A stretch of DNA of 64,000 bases, taken from the IMG/VR virus record IMGVR_UViG_3300021255_001366, positions 59,920 through 123,919 of that record. One strand, written 5' to 3'. Made by a program: the position numbers and the translations under genes. The notes beneath the pieces were generated by a model that saw only the letters and a program-made list of their open reading frames with translations, ran no database searches and had not been told where the DNA came from. This document shows, in pieces, positions 1 to 9,928 of the stretch (positions within the stretch are counted from its first letter, which is position 1; every line of letters begins with the position of its first letter). Source of the stretch: a virus (taxonomy: Duplodnaviria > Caudoviricetes).

Positions 1-3000
1 CGCATAGATTGTAATTGTTCTTCGTACATTTTTGCACGACTAACAGCATCTCGTTCTAATTCTTGTTCTCCAGATAACTGATACTTCTTCACTTCAATCA
101 TTGCGTTATTGTATTGCTTTAAAGTATCAACATATTTTTTCAATGCTTGCTTGTCTTGTTTTTCTGAAGAATCAGATTGCGCCAATCCACCATTTGATTT
201 ATCAAGCTTACGTGCCTCAATAACGGCTATTTCTTGCAAATTCTTTTTGCGCATCTCTAATAATGTATTAACTTGCGCCTCTGCGTTTGCATTTTCATCT
301 ATAGCCTTGAGTTCTTTTGTTTTTTCTTGATATACAGCTAAAGCAGTTTTCTTTTGTGCTTCTAGTTCTGTTATTTCAGCAGTATTTTTTACAGGATCTA
401 GTTTCGCAATTTGCTTTCGAATATTAAGAACATCTTGGTATGCCGTCTTTTGCTCAGATAACAGATTATTAACATTAGATACTTGAAGACCTTCCTCTGC
501 TTTCTTCTTTGCTTCAGAATTCTGCCTCATTTGCTTATACAGATTCTGACGTTCTTTCTCAATTCTTAATTTTTCTCTTTCAGCCGCAAGGTCGGTTGAT
601 TTATAATCATCAGATTCAGCTACGCTTGTGTAGGCAACCCCGCCCTTTTTATCATATTTGATATTTAATCGTTGTGTTTGTTTTACTAATTTTCCACTCG
701 AATCTTCAACCATGCGCTCTGCTTTAATTAACGCTTGAGCTAAATCATCGTGAGAATCATAGAATCTTTCAATACTAGCAATATATCCATCAACTTCATA
801 TGAACTTATTTCTGCTATAATAGCATTTTCTATTTCTCTTGTTCGTATTTTGGCTTGTTCCGGATCATACTTGTCATCATACGGGACTTTAGTTTTGCTT
901 TGTTTTTTCTTTGCTGATTCAACCTTAGAAGATTGCATATCAGAAACAATGTTGTTCAATGGAGTTTTAAGGTCTTTGTACCAATTTCCATATTCTCCAT
1001 TATTCAACTTTGTTGCTTCTTCTTGTACTTCTTTAGCAGTAAGAGTTCCAGCGTTTACCAGTTCACGAACGGCATCCTCAACTTCACCTTTATGCTTTTT
1101 AATACCTTTCGCATAACCCTCGCCCCACATTTCTCCAAGCGCCTCGGCTACCCTAGAAGGAGAGCGTGAGTCTTGTGCTTCGGCAGTACCTTCGTTTGCT
1201 GCATTAGCTAAATCAGCACCAGCTTGTTTGGCATTTGGTTGTTCGGATTCCATTCCTTCGACATATGATTTTCCTTGCTTTTTACCGTTAGATGAATCTG
1301 GAGTTTCATTGGATATTTGAGGAAGGTCAGGAAGTTCAACTTTATATTTATTAAATAATTCCTTTATATAACTTTCAACTGTATCCTGTATGTTGTTAAA
1401 AGCTTTAACAAAATCATCATCATCTAAACTACCTATTTCTCCTCTGACATTAGTCATTGCTTGCTTAATAAAGTCTTCTTCAGAGATTTGTTTATCCAAA
1501 GCTTCGCGAATAGTATAATCCATTGCTTCAGCAACAGCATCATAATACTTTCCTGTTATTTCAAAATACTGGCGTTCTGCATCTGATGACATAGAAAACG
1601 GTGAAAAATTTGAACTGTCTACTTCAGAACCAATAAGTTTAGAGTAAGAATCGGCAAGAAATGTTGAAAGATAGTGTGCGGATTGACTTTTCATCATCAT
1701 TGAATTATGATTTAAGCCATAACTACCAGTTGACCTTATCATAAACTTCTCGAACTTTAAAACAGAAGAAACTTGTTCATAAGTAGAATCAATATGTTCT
1801 TTTAAAAACAATAATATTTTTTTAAACTCTTCAATTTTATTATTGATTGCTTCATCATTATTAACATTTAATTCTCTAAATTTACCAAAATCATTCAGTA
1901 TTTTAATAAGATTATCAATATTATTTTGCTCATTTTTAAGAGTATCAATTATATTAGTGTCAACTTTACCACCTTTAGACGTAACAATTGATTGAACCAA
2001 GCCATTTGAAAGACTATTATATAAATCAGATAATGGAATAGGAATTTCTCCATTTTCATTTTCTAATTCGAGACCAGCAATATGCGAAATATTTACAAGG
2101 GACTTTACTACACTAGCAATAAGACTGTTTTTTACATTAGACAAATCTATATTCAAAGTTTTGCCTTGCCACATTAGTTCGAACTGCTTACCTATTCCTT
2201 GAGACAAAAATTTATCAAACCACGTTAAATAATCATCTTCTGATAAAGTACCACCTAAAGGTGAAATAGAAGAGTGCTTATGAAATATTTTTGCGGCATT
2301 AGTTGTATTCATTTCATCAGGTAAATTCATCCTATCTAATTTACCTATAAATGAATCTATGACTTTTCCAGTTTCATCAAAAATAGCAAAACGTTCTTCT
2401 AATGAATTATCATTTTTAACTTTCTTTATAAATTCTTCATAAGATAAGCCTATATCAGAAATAACTCTTTTAGTTCCTTGACCTAACTCTTCATATTTAT
2501 CTTGAGTTTCTTTTATTTCTGATTGTAAACGGTCTTGTTGTTCTTCGATTCCCGATGAAAGATTATTTTTATTACTAAACGGTTGTTCAACTTCCTTTAA
2601 ATTTGCCTTATAATTCTCAAGCGTTTCCTTGAATAAAGCCGTAGCCTTTTGTACTCCAAGACGTTTCTTCTCAACGCCTTCCATAACGTTGTCAAAAATC
2701 TTTTGGAGTTCGCCGTCGGAAACTTCTCCGAAATCAATAAGCCCCTTATCTTTTTCCACCTTAATGGCATCAAGGATTTTCTCTCGTTTTGATTTAACAT
2801 TTTGATTATTGGCTTGAGCAGAGGTATTCTCGTTTACTTTTTTTGTTTCTTCTTCGACCTTTGCTATATCTTCTTGCTTAACAACTGGGGTGTTTGCGTT
2901 GTCTTGTTTAGCTTTCTTGTTTGCATCAACAGCAGAAGTAAGCCGCTCATACTCGGCTTGTAAACGTTGTTGTAATTTTGTATTATCTGTTAAATCAGTT

Positions 3001-6000
3001 ATAGACCGAGAACCACCCTGTTCTTTATATTCACTATATTGCTTAATTATATTAGCAAGGTTGCCCTTACCTTTGCTCGTACGTTGATCAAAACTATTCT
3101 TGTCAACAAACGAAAGCATTTTATTAAAAGATTTTTCTAAATCTTTTGTATTCTCTTGTATGCCGTCGGTAACACCTTCCGAAATACTCTTGCCAACATC
3201 TTTTGACGCTTCCTTAATTGGTTCACTTGCTTGTTTTACTATATCACCCATAGAAACAACACCATTTTGAAGCTCTTGTTTTGCTTCTTCCATGGATTGT
3301 TTTACGGCTGGAGCAATACGCTCAAACTCCTCATTAATTTTCTTTATAATGACCTTTTTCCATCCAGGACTCTCGTTAGACGCATTAGTCTGATCAAAGA
3401 TAGTCTTAAGAATACTTGTTTCTCCAGTATTCATATATGCTTTGCTTAATTCTAAAATATTGTTCGCAAATCTAGCAGACGATTCATTAATAATCGAACC
3501 ATCTTTTTTTGTCTTAATCTTCGATTTATCAACAAGTGATCCTGTAATATTTTTTAAAAAATTTTTTTCGCTTGCATCAACTTTTTCAGGGATAAAGTTA
3601 AAGTATTGTTCTGCTTTTTTTAACTCTGCATTAAGTTCAGCGACATGATCTTTTTGTTTTCTCGTTTTAGACGCTATTTGTTCTGCTGGTTTAGATGCGT
3701 CTTTAGCACCTTGTATTAAGTTTTTATAGGCATCATATTCGCTTTTAATCTCATCTGCGTTTTTACTAGATTGAATAAAATTCTTCTTTTGTTCGTTGTA
3801 TATTAATCCGTTTGCATTTAATGTTTCTTCTAATTCTTTCTTACGAATCTCAGATTCTTCTTTTAAAACCTTAACGGTTTCATCATTGCTTTTAATATAC
3901 TCTTTTTGATATTTTGAGATTAATTTAATGGTTTCAAGATATTCGTTTTTAAGTTTTTGAATAGCAGTAATATTATTATTTACTTCTTGTGTATTATCTT
4001 CTAATGCAACAGTATCATTTTTAATATCACTCTGTGCGTTATTACTTTCAGAAGAAATAGAAGTAGTTGTTTTCGGTTTATTTTTTTTCTTAGTATTTGT
4101 GTTTTCAACAGTTGTTGTTGATTGCATATTACCAACATCTACAACAATCGCATTTTCAGCCAATGCTTGTTGCAGTGTTTCAACAAAACCATTAACACTT
4201 GAAATCAACGGAACAACTGGCACCTTTACTGGCTCATTTATTTGACCTTCAATTTCTGATATAAAAGTTGAAGGATCAATTTTGCCATCAATCTTAACTT
4301 TAATTGATTTAATATTCTTAATTTCTGCTTCTATTCTAGAGAGAATATTTGCAACACCAGAATCAGTTACATTTGAAAATATAGCTTGAATCTGATTAAG
4401 ATTCAATCTTATTATTTTAGTTTGTTCAACAACATTATTAATAGCATTTATTAATGGATCAAATGTGCCACTAAACGCCTTGTTATTATCTGCTAATACG
4501 GTTTGTAAATCTTTTAAAGCATTCGTAAATGTAATAAGAAGATTAACATCTTTTTCATCCGGAGTTTCATTTTTCTTATTTTTCTTTGTATCAACTTTTG
4601 TTATTTCCAAAGAATCTAATAATGTTTGAAGAGGAGTAATCTTAGTAGATATTTCTTCCAAACCTTTTGTAAAAGCAGAAGCCCAACTTTGAACTTTTTT
4701 GTCATCAAGCATAACATTAACTTCTTTGGCAAGTGTAGCCAATGAGTCTGTTATATTTAAACTAAATTCCTTTGTCAGCGCCTCAAGCTTCGCTTTTATC
4801 TTGTCTCCTTCTTCTTGAGAAATATCAAATTCAGGATAAAATTTAAAATGTTGTTCTTTAAGAGTTTGTTGTATTTGATTTATATTCTCTGTTATTCTTT
4901 GTTTTGTTTCTGGAAGATTGGTTTTGATATTTAAAACAGCGGCCTTGTCAAATTGCGAACGCATTTTTTGAAACAAATCACTATAATCATTTTTTAATTG
5001 TGGATCATCTATTTTTACGATTTGCGCTTGAATGTTTTTTAACGCCTTATTTAATTCTCCTTGTTCCGCCTTAGTTCCTTTAAATGCACCAAATCTTACT
5101 TGCACTTCAACTGGATGTTGCCCAGAATAAGAATTTAAATCATCAACAAGTCTAATGATATCTGGTTTTAATTTATCAATCGATGCTTCATCTAAAAGTA
5201 CCGGAATCCTAATTCCACCATCTTTAAATTGAAATGTTGTAACCATTTGTTCTGCGGTTTGCCCAAGACCTTTCAATGTTTCAACCATTTCAGATCTCGT
5301 TTCCGCAAGGCTTTTATTAATTGGGCTACTAATATCTTTTAAATGTTCTAACTCACCTGCAATCGAACTAAGATAAAACGTCTTCCCGCCTCTAGAAAAA
5401 TGCATTTTAGAATCTGCAAAAGAATTTTCACCATTTAATTGAACCAATCTTTTTGAAAGTTGTTCAACTTCAACTGCTGTATCTACAATTCGCTTCTGCA
5501 TATTACGAAGCGCAATAGGATCTTTTTGTGTGCCAAGCCTACTTTGAAGTTTTTCTAATTTTTCATATGCATCAACAAGATTATCTTTTAATTCTTTAAC
5601 ATTATTTGATTTAATATTGTTTTTATTATTATCTATATTTATCTTATTAAAACTTTTAATTACTTTGTCTAATTCTTCTAATTCTTTTGTTTCTTTTTTT
5701 ACATCAATTAATTCTTTGAATTCTTTAAAAGAGTCCATAGAAGACTTGGTTTCTTTTTTAAATGAATTTAATTTATTATTAACGTTTTCTATTTTTTTTA
5801 CTATCTGATCATTTTGCTGCCTACTATTTAAAGATTGATTAAACTTTGCAATATCTTGTTCAGCCCCAGAAAGCCTTACTCGGAATTCATCCATTGTAGA
5901 TTCAAATTTTTTTTGAAATCCATCAAACTGAGATGTGTCTATTTTCGAATTTGCAAAATTCTTCAAAGTATTTGAATACTCACCTTGCAAGTCTTGAAGA

Positions 6001-6164
6001 CATTTAATTATAGTATTTAAATCATTAACATAATTACCGCCAATACTAATATTGTCTCCAATTTTTTGTATTCCGCCTAATTCTTTCTGTATATTTTTTA
6101 TTTGATCACTTATATCTGCTATATGTGGTTCAACATTAAGAACCCATTTTATATTATTACTCAT
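1..6164 (-). CDS. Giant tape-measure-like protein, N-terminal >2050 aa, truncated by the window edge
   Basis: ATG at 6164 follows an RBS (gaagggag). The frame was open wherever I translated it (5' end, ~2280, ~1150, positions 1-60). It is absent from the ORF track, presumably because it has no stop in the window. The sequence is K/E/Q/N-rich and coiled-coil-like, with the tape-measure motif SRSPSRVAEALGEMWGEGYAKG near 1110-1170. Confidence 0.75.
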   Translation of the reverse strand, partial: MSNNIKWVLNVEPHIADISDQIKNIQKELGGIQKIGDNISIGGNYVNDLNTIIKCLQDLQGEYSNTLKNFANSKIDTSQFDGFQKKFESTMDEFRVRLSGAEQDIAKFNQSLNSRQQNDQIVKKIENVNNKLNSFKKETKSSMDSFKEFKELIDVKKETKELEELDKVIKSFNKINIDNNKNNIKSNNVKELKDNLVDAYEKLEKLQSRLGTQKDPIALRNMQKRIVDTAVEVEQLSKRLVQLNGENSFADSKMHFSRGGKTFYLSSIAGELEHLKDISSPINKSLAETRSEMVETLKGLGQTAEQMVTTFQFKDGGIRIPVLLDEASIDKLKPDIIRLVDDLNSYSGQHPVEVQVRFGAFKGTKAEQGELNKALKNIQAQIVKIDDPQLKNDYSDLFQKMRSQFDKAAVLNIKTNLPETKQRITENINQIQQTLKEQHFKFYPEFDISQEEGDKIKAKLEALTKEFSLNITDSLATLAKEVNVMLDDKKVQSWASAFTKGLEEISTKITPLQTLLDSLEITKVDTKKNKKNETPDEKDVNLLITFTNALKDLQTVLADNNKAFSGTFDPLINAINNVVEQTKIIRLNLNQIQAIFSNVTDSGVANILSRIEAEIKNIKSIKVKIDGKIDPSTFISEIEGQINEPVKVPVVPLISSVNGFVETLQQALAENAIVVDVGNMQSTTTVENTNTKKKNKPKTTTSISSESNNAQSDIKNDTVALEDNTQEVNNNITAIQKLKNEYLETIKLISKYQKEYIKSNDETVKVLKEESEIRKKELEETLNANGLIYNEQKKNFIQSSKNADEIKSEYDAYKNLIQGAKDASKPAEQIASKTRKQKDHVAELNAELKKAEQYFNFIPEKVDASEKNFLKNITGSLVDKSKIKTKKDGSIINESSARFANNILELSKAYMNTGETSILKTIFDQTNASNESPGWKKVIIKKINEEFERIAPAVKQSMEEAKQELQNGVVSMGDIVKQASEPIKEASKDVGKSISEGVTDGIQENTKDLEKSFNKMLSFVDKNSFDQRTSKGKGNLANIIKQYSEYKEQGGSRSITDLTDNTKLQQRLQAEYERLTSAVDANKKAKQDNANTPVVKQEDIAKVEEETKKVNENTSAQANNQNVKSKREKILDAIKVEKDKGLIDFGEVSDGELQKIFDNVMEGVEKKRLGVQKATALFKETLENYKANLKEVEQPFSNKNNLSSGIEEQQDRLQSEIKETQDKYEELGQGTKRVISDIGLSYEEFIKKVKNDNSLEERFAIFDETGKVIDSFIGKLDRMNLPDEMNTTNAAKIFHKHSSISPLGGTLSEDDYLTWFDKFLSQGIGKQFELMWQGKTLNIDLSNVKNSLIASVVKSLVNISHIAGLELENENGEIPIPLSDLYNSLSNGLVQSIVTSKGGKVDTNIIDTLKNEQNNIDNLIKILNDFGKFRELNVNNDEAINNKIEEFKKILLFLKEHIDSTYEQVSSVLKFEKFMIRSTGSYGLNHNSMMMKSQSAHYLSTFLADSYSKLIGSEVDSSNFSPFSMSSDAERQYFEITGKYYDAVAEAMDYTIREALDKQISEEDFIKQAMTNVRGEIGSLDDDDFVKAFNNIQDTVESYIKELFNKYKVELPDLPQISNETPDSSNGKKQGKSYVEGMESEQPNAKQAGADLANAANEGTAEAQDSRSPSRVAEALGEMWGEGYAKGIKKHKGEVEDAVRELVNAGTLTAKEVQEEATKLNNGEYGNWYKDLKTPLNNIVSDMQSSKVESAKKKQSKTKVPYDDKYDPEQAKIRTREIENAIIAEISSYEVDGYIASIERFYDSHDDLAQALIKAERMVEDSSGKLVKQTQRLNIKYDKKGGVAYTSVAESDDYKSTDLAAEREKLRIEKERQNLYKQMRQNSEAKKKAEEGLQVSNVNNLLSEQKTAYQDVLNIRKQIAKLDPVKNTAEITELEAQKKTALAVYQEKTKELKAIDENANAEAQVNTLLEMRKKNLQEIAVIEARKLDKSNGGLAQSDSSEKQDKQALKKYVDTLKQYNNAMIEVKKYQLSGEQELERDAVSRAKMYEEQLQSM

Positions 6165-6183
6165 AAAATCACTCCCTTCTTAC

Positions 6184-6669
6184 CTAAAACTTCAACATTT
6201 CATAACTGTCACGACGTGCCATTTTTACACCATATTCTTCATATATACTACGATGCGCCTTGATATAATCAAACTTATCTTCAATAATCTGTTCTGGAGA
6301 TGGATACATTATTGGCGCATATCCTTGCAAACTCGCTATACCATGTAAACCACTATAAACTCTGTCAAATACATGTAAAGGATCAGATTCTGATCCGGTA
6401 TAAACATTTGGTATTTCATCAACCAATAATTCAACACCGCCAGTAAAACTATTTCCGTGACTCTTATGATAACGTTTATAAACATATTGAAAATTCCCAT
6501 AACGATCATAATATTTTGGTTTATACGAATAAAACTTATTTATTGCGCTTTGAGTTGTTTCCGTTAATTCATCCGCAATTTTACGTGTAATGTGTTTAGC
6601 AATATTCTTGCAATAATTTTGAATATCACGTTCTAGAGTTTCATACAACTCTTCGATTTTTTTTTGCAT
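6184..6669 (-). CDS. Hypothetical phage protein, possibly tail-associated (YKPKYYDR motif)
   Basis: 161-aa ORF with an RBS, directly upstream of the tape-measure ORF. Confidence 0.5.
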   Translation of the reverse strand: MQKKIEELYETLERDIQNYCKNIAKHITRKIADELTETTQSAINKFYSYKPKYYDRYGNFQYVYKRYHKSHGNSFTGGVELLVDEIPNVYTGSESDPLHVFDRVYSGLHGIASLQGYAPIMYPSPEQIIEDKFDYIKAHRSIYEEYGVKMARRDSYEMLKF

Positions 6670-6776
6670 TTTATATCTCCTATCATATATATAAGTACGA
6701 CAACAAATAACGCCAATTTCTCGTCCTTACACATATATAAAATAGGAGAGGAGTATTAACCCCTCTCCATCAACAT

Positions 6777-6974
6777 CTAGTACCAGCAAATCGTGTCGCT
6801 CAATGAAGAACCTAATGCATCTAATATGCGACTAGCCTCCTTTGGCGATACAGATGATTGACACGTTATAATACTAACCAACCGTTCTTCCGTAATGTTT
6901 GCAAGTGCGACCACTTCCTCTATGGATAAACATTGTTCTTTTAACGTGTCATGGATTAATTTGTTTATGACCAT
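6777..6974 (-). CDS. Small XRE-like helix-turn-helix protein
   Basis: LSIEEVVALANITEERLVSII...SPKEASRILDALG pattern; RBS ggag. Confidence 0.55.
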   Translation of the reverse strand: MVINKLIHDTLKEQCLSIEEVVALANITEERLVSIITCQSSVSPKEASRILDALGSSLSDTICWY

Positions 6975-7009
6975 GATTACTCCTTAATACGCTATACGAC
7001 TATAGCGTC

Positions 7010-7045
7010 AAAAAAAGCCCAAGAGTGATTAGACACCCCTGGGCT
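7010..7045 (-). terminator. Intrinsic terminator
   Basis: agccca/tgggct stem with a poly-A run (U tract on minus), downstream of ORF 7060-7443. Confidence 0.55.
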
Positions 7046-7059
7046 AGTAATCACTCTTG

Positions 7060-7443
7060 TTAATTGCTTCGCATCTGATCCATAAGCTTTTCTACGGCTT
7101 TACGATCTCTATCATCGACAGCCATATCTGCGATGTCTGCTAAGTGCTCAAGCATAATATCTTTGCTATCATTTCTAGAATAACTATTGCCACGAGCATA
7201 ATTATACCCTCTGTTGGCGTAGCTATTTCTTCCATACATATTGCGCATAGAACGACCACGAGCATAACTTCCGTTGTTACCAGAATACATTGCATCTTGA
7301 GACGAGTTCATCTCTTCAATATCCTTGATAATATCCACAAGTTTATCTAACGCCTCAATGTCTTGCATCTGAAGTTTGTCCTTCTTGCCAATGTCGTCAA
7401 TTTCACAATATGCTTTATCGTATATTCTATCTAACGCATCCAT
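7060..7443 (-). CDS. Hypothetical protein with an R/G/Y/N low-complexity centre
   Basis: Contains SYARGRSMRNMYGRNSYANRGYNYARGNSYSR; good RBS. Confidence 0.7.
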   Translation of the reverse strand: MDALDRIYDKAYCEIDDIGKKDKLQMQDIEALDKLVDIIKDIEEMNSSQDAMYSGNNGSYARGRSMRNMYGRNSYANRGYNYARGNSYSRNDSKDIMLEHLADIADMAVDDRDRKAVEKLMDQMRSN

Positions 7444-7457
7444 TGTTAATCTCCTTC

Positions 7458-7892
7458 CTACGCAGTACGCACAATTCTAATATTTGCGTTTTGCATGAGA
7501 ATCGGCTGTGTACTCGTATTTTCTATCGCGATTACATAACAACAGCCACGGGGCACGGCAATCTCGATTGACCGATGAATGTTAAAATATTCTTCAACGG
7601 CCGCAGGAGTAACGATCATTGTACTTGCCGGAATAGGTTCGCCATCGATAGCGAGAGACGCTTGAATCGATTCGACAGTCCCTCCGGTTGGCACAGCAAT
7701 GTTTGCACCGAAGTCAACAACATATCTTGCAAATGTTGCACATGGATTGTTTACAATACCACGCACAGTAAAAATACCAGAGTCATCTCTATGAATAATG
7801 TAACCACGAGTACACGGAGAAGGCTCGTTCGTAAAAGCAGCATTACCACCAGCGATAACTGTCTGCTCTAATGAATTGCTATACTCAGCCAT
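7458..7892 (-). CDS. Hypothetical beta-rich protein, possibly a BclA-C/C1q-like jelly roll
   Basis: Alternating hydrophobic beta-strand pattern, SGIFTVRG and PRGCCY motifs; RBS ggagg. Confidence 0.55.
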   Translation of the reverse strand: MAEYSNSLEQTVIAGGNAAFTNEPSPCTRGYIIHRDDSGIFTVRGIVNNPCATFARYVVDFGANIAVPTGGTVESIQASLAIDGEPIPASTMIVTPAAVEEYFNIHRSIEIAVPRGCCYVIAIENTSTQPILMQNANIRIVRTA

Positions 7893-7907
7893 AATTTACC
7901 TCCATTC

Positions 7908-7941
7908 AAAAAGGTAGCCACCCATAATTAAGGTGGCTACC
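7908..7941 (-). terminator. Intrinsic terminator
   Basis: ggtagccacc/ggtggctacc perfect stem plus an A run. Confidence 0.7.
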
Positions 7942-8002
7942 AAACAAGATCCAAATTGACAATCTCGTAAAACGAGAACATGTTAATTAAATGTAGGGTG
8001 CA

Positions 8003-8719
8003 TTACGCTGCGTATCCACCACAAGAAGTGTAGAAATTTCCGCAGCCACATCCGTTAGGATTTGCAACAACATACGCAGGAATAGGAACTGGAGCAAGAT
8101 ATTTCTCAAGTGCATTTGTCTGCGCCTCGTTATTTGCAATAATAGCAGCGGTCTGTGCGTTCTGTGATGCAGAAAGCTGAGCCATAGTCAGCTGTTGCTG
8201 AAGAGCTGCGATTTGCTCATTCTTTGCATCTATCTTATCTGCACACATCTGATCAAGGATGCGCTGAGTCGAAGCGTTATTTGCCTCAAGTACATCTCTC
8301 AATGCGTTACCAATGGCTGAACGGTCAGCGCAAGCTTCTGTAGCAACAACATACTTTAGGTCGGCTGTTGCTGCGCGATTTTCACAACAACACTGCTGTT
8401 GAGCCATAGCAATTGTATTAATCTGATTAGTCAAATTTGCCAAAGTATTACATCTCGATACTTCAGCGCTGGCGAGTGAATTCTGAATACCGGAAATACC
8501 AGCCATTACAGCAGATTGATCAAAACCGCGCTGTACATCATTAACAACGTACTGGGTTCCACCATTACCTCCACCGTAGCCATTTCCCCATCCGCCATTA
8601 AATGCGAAAAGGAAGAGTAGTATTAACCACCATCCGGAGCCGTTATCTCCAAATCCAAAACCGCCATTACCAGTTACAGCTGCAATATCTGCAGCACTCA
8701 TTTCTGAAGAAAGTGCCAT
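8003..8719 (-). CDS. Conserved phage protein with a Gly-rich N-terminus, one TM segment, a CCC motif and coiled coil
   Basis: GWWLILLFLFAF hydrophobic segment flanked by G/N repeats, QQQCCCEN, C-terminal GCGCG. Probable start MALSSEM follows RBS aaaggag. Confidence 0.75.
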   Translation of the reverse strand: MALSSEMSAADIAAVTGNGGFGFGDNGSGWWLILLFLFAFNGGWGNGYGGGNGGTQYVVNDVQRGFDQSAVMAGISGIQNSLASAEVSRCNTLANLTNQINTIAMAQQQCCCENRAATADLKYVVATEACADRSAIGNALRDVLEANNASTQRILDQMCADKIDAKNEQIAALQQQLTMAQLSASQNAQTAAIIANNEAQTNALEKYLAPVPIPAYVVANPNGCGCGNFYTSCGGYAA

Positions 8720-8793
8720 GATTATTTCTCCTTTCAACAAAAGTCAACATGTTCTATATGTTCATTACGTGCGCACCGTAATTAGAACCTTAA

Positions 8794-9018
8794 CTAAAAA
8801 CGACCACCCATCATGTTTTGAAATTGGGTAGCCGCCTGTGAAAGTTGGTTAAACTGTTGCTGAGACATTTGTCCTGACTGCAACAGTTTTTGAACCTCTT
8901 GTCTAGGATCTCCGTTAAATGAAGACCTAAATTTATTAAATTGTGCCATCATCTGCGCCATTTGATTATTGGGGACAGGAGATTGGCTTCTAAACATATT
9001 AAACAAACTACTTCCCAT
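8794..9018 (-). CDS. Small Q/M-rich hypothetical protein
   Basis: GDPRQEVQKLLQSGQMSQQQFNQL; RBS aggag before MGSS. Confidence 0.65.
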   Translation of the reverse strand: MGSSLFNMFRSQSPVPNNQMAQMMAQFNKFRSSFNGDPRQEVQKLLQSGQMSQQQFNQLSQAATQFQNMMGGRF

Positions 9019-9496
9019 TCTGACGCTCCTTTCTCGTATTATCATTTCTATTCTGTTTCAACTCATTGATAACACGTTCAAATTCGTCCTTAGTAACATA
9101 ACCAAGTTCACGAATTTTTTCTTCAAACTCATCACGTCCAACATACCCGCTCATATCAATATCAGGCATTATTACCTCCGCTTGCTTTTCAGAATCAAGA
9201 GGAACTTCGACAAGCTGATATTTCTTTATTTTTACTGGTATGTTTTCTGATGTTTGAGCAGCGAGATATAAATAATCACGCTCAGAATCAAAAAGAGCCA
9301 TCATTTGACCTGGATCAAGATGATGAGCCATTGCCCCAGCTTCGCCCTGTACCCAAACTATATTTGTAGGGCTTTCTTGTTGGCGTTGTACTGGTGTTTG
9401 GAAAGATTGTTGATAATCTGTTTGCATAGGGTACATTTGTGGTGCCACCATCGGTAATGCACCATACCCAAGATAAGAGGGTTGATTATAAACCAT
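9008..9496 (-). CDS. Hypothetical protein with a Q/P/Y-rich N-terminus (WVQGEAGA motif)
   Basis: 162-aa ORF with RBS aaaggag, part of the 7.0-9.9 kb operon. Confidence 0.65.
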   Translation of the reverse strand: MVYNQPSYLGYGALPMVAPQMYPMQTDYQQSFQTPVQRQQESPTNIVWVQGEAGAMAHHLDPGQMMALFDSERDYLYLAAQTSENIPVKIKKYQLVEVPLDSEKQAEVIMPDIDMSGYVGRDEFEEKIRELGYVTKDEFERVINELKQNRNDNTRKERQNGK

Positions 9497-9532
9497 AGTA
9501 AATATCTCCTTTCAAAAACATCGACATGTTTC

Positions 9533-9913
9533 TTAGATATTTCGCTCAAAAAAATAAATTGGAACTTCATAACCGGAGTCCCAAGAATCGTAATAGTCAC
9601 CATCTGTAACAGTGACAACATGATTGCCCGTCGCTAAAACAAAAATACCGTATGGATTATCATGGCAAAAATCCAATACGGTATAACAATCCGGGCAAGT
9701 ATTCGGAATTATATGACGGGTAAAATTTCTTCCTTGAAGATATGAACTCCATACCTCATTAGCTATCGGAGCATCTCCCATCATAAATCCTTGTGTTGCG
9801 AGTTCGGCATAGGTGCGTTCCCATGTGAACCCTAGAGCCTTAGATAAAGCCCTATAAACACAATCCCCAACACTTTTTTTGTTGGGGTTAGGATTATAGT
9901 ATTGCCACGCCAT
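9533..9913 (-). CDS. Putative papain-like (C39-related) cysteine peptidase
   Basis: GDCVYRA (Cys), NHVV (His) and YYDSWDS (Asp) occur in catalytic-triad order. Confidence 0.55.
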   Translation of the reverse strand: MAWQYYNPNPNKKSVGDCVYRALSKALGFTWERTYAELATQGFMMGDAPIANEVWSSYLQGRNFTRHIIPNTCPDCYTVLDFCHDNPYGIFVLATGNHVVTVTDGDYYDSWDSGYEVPIYFFERNI

Positions 9914-9928
9914 GGCAAATACCTCCAT

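Noticed and set aside
109-5808. Short ORFs listed in the track across 0.1-5.8 kb
   Set aside because: All overlap the long open minus-strand tape-measure frame, either antisense or out of frame.
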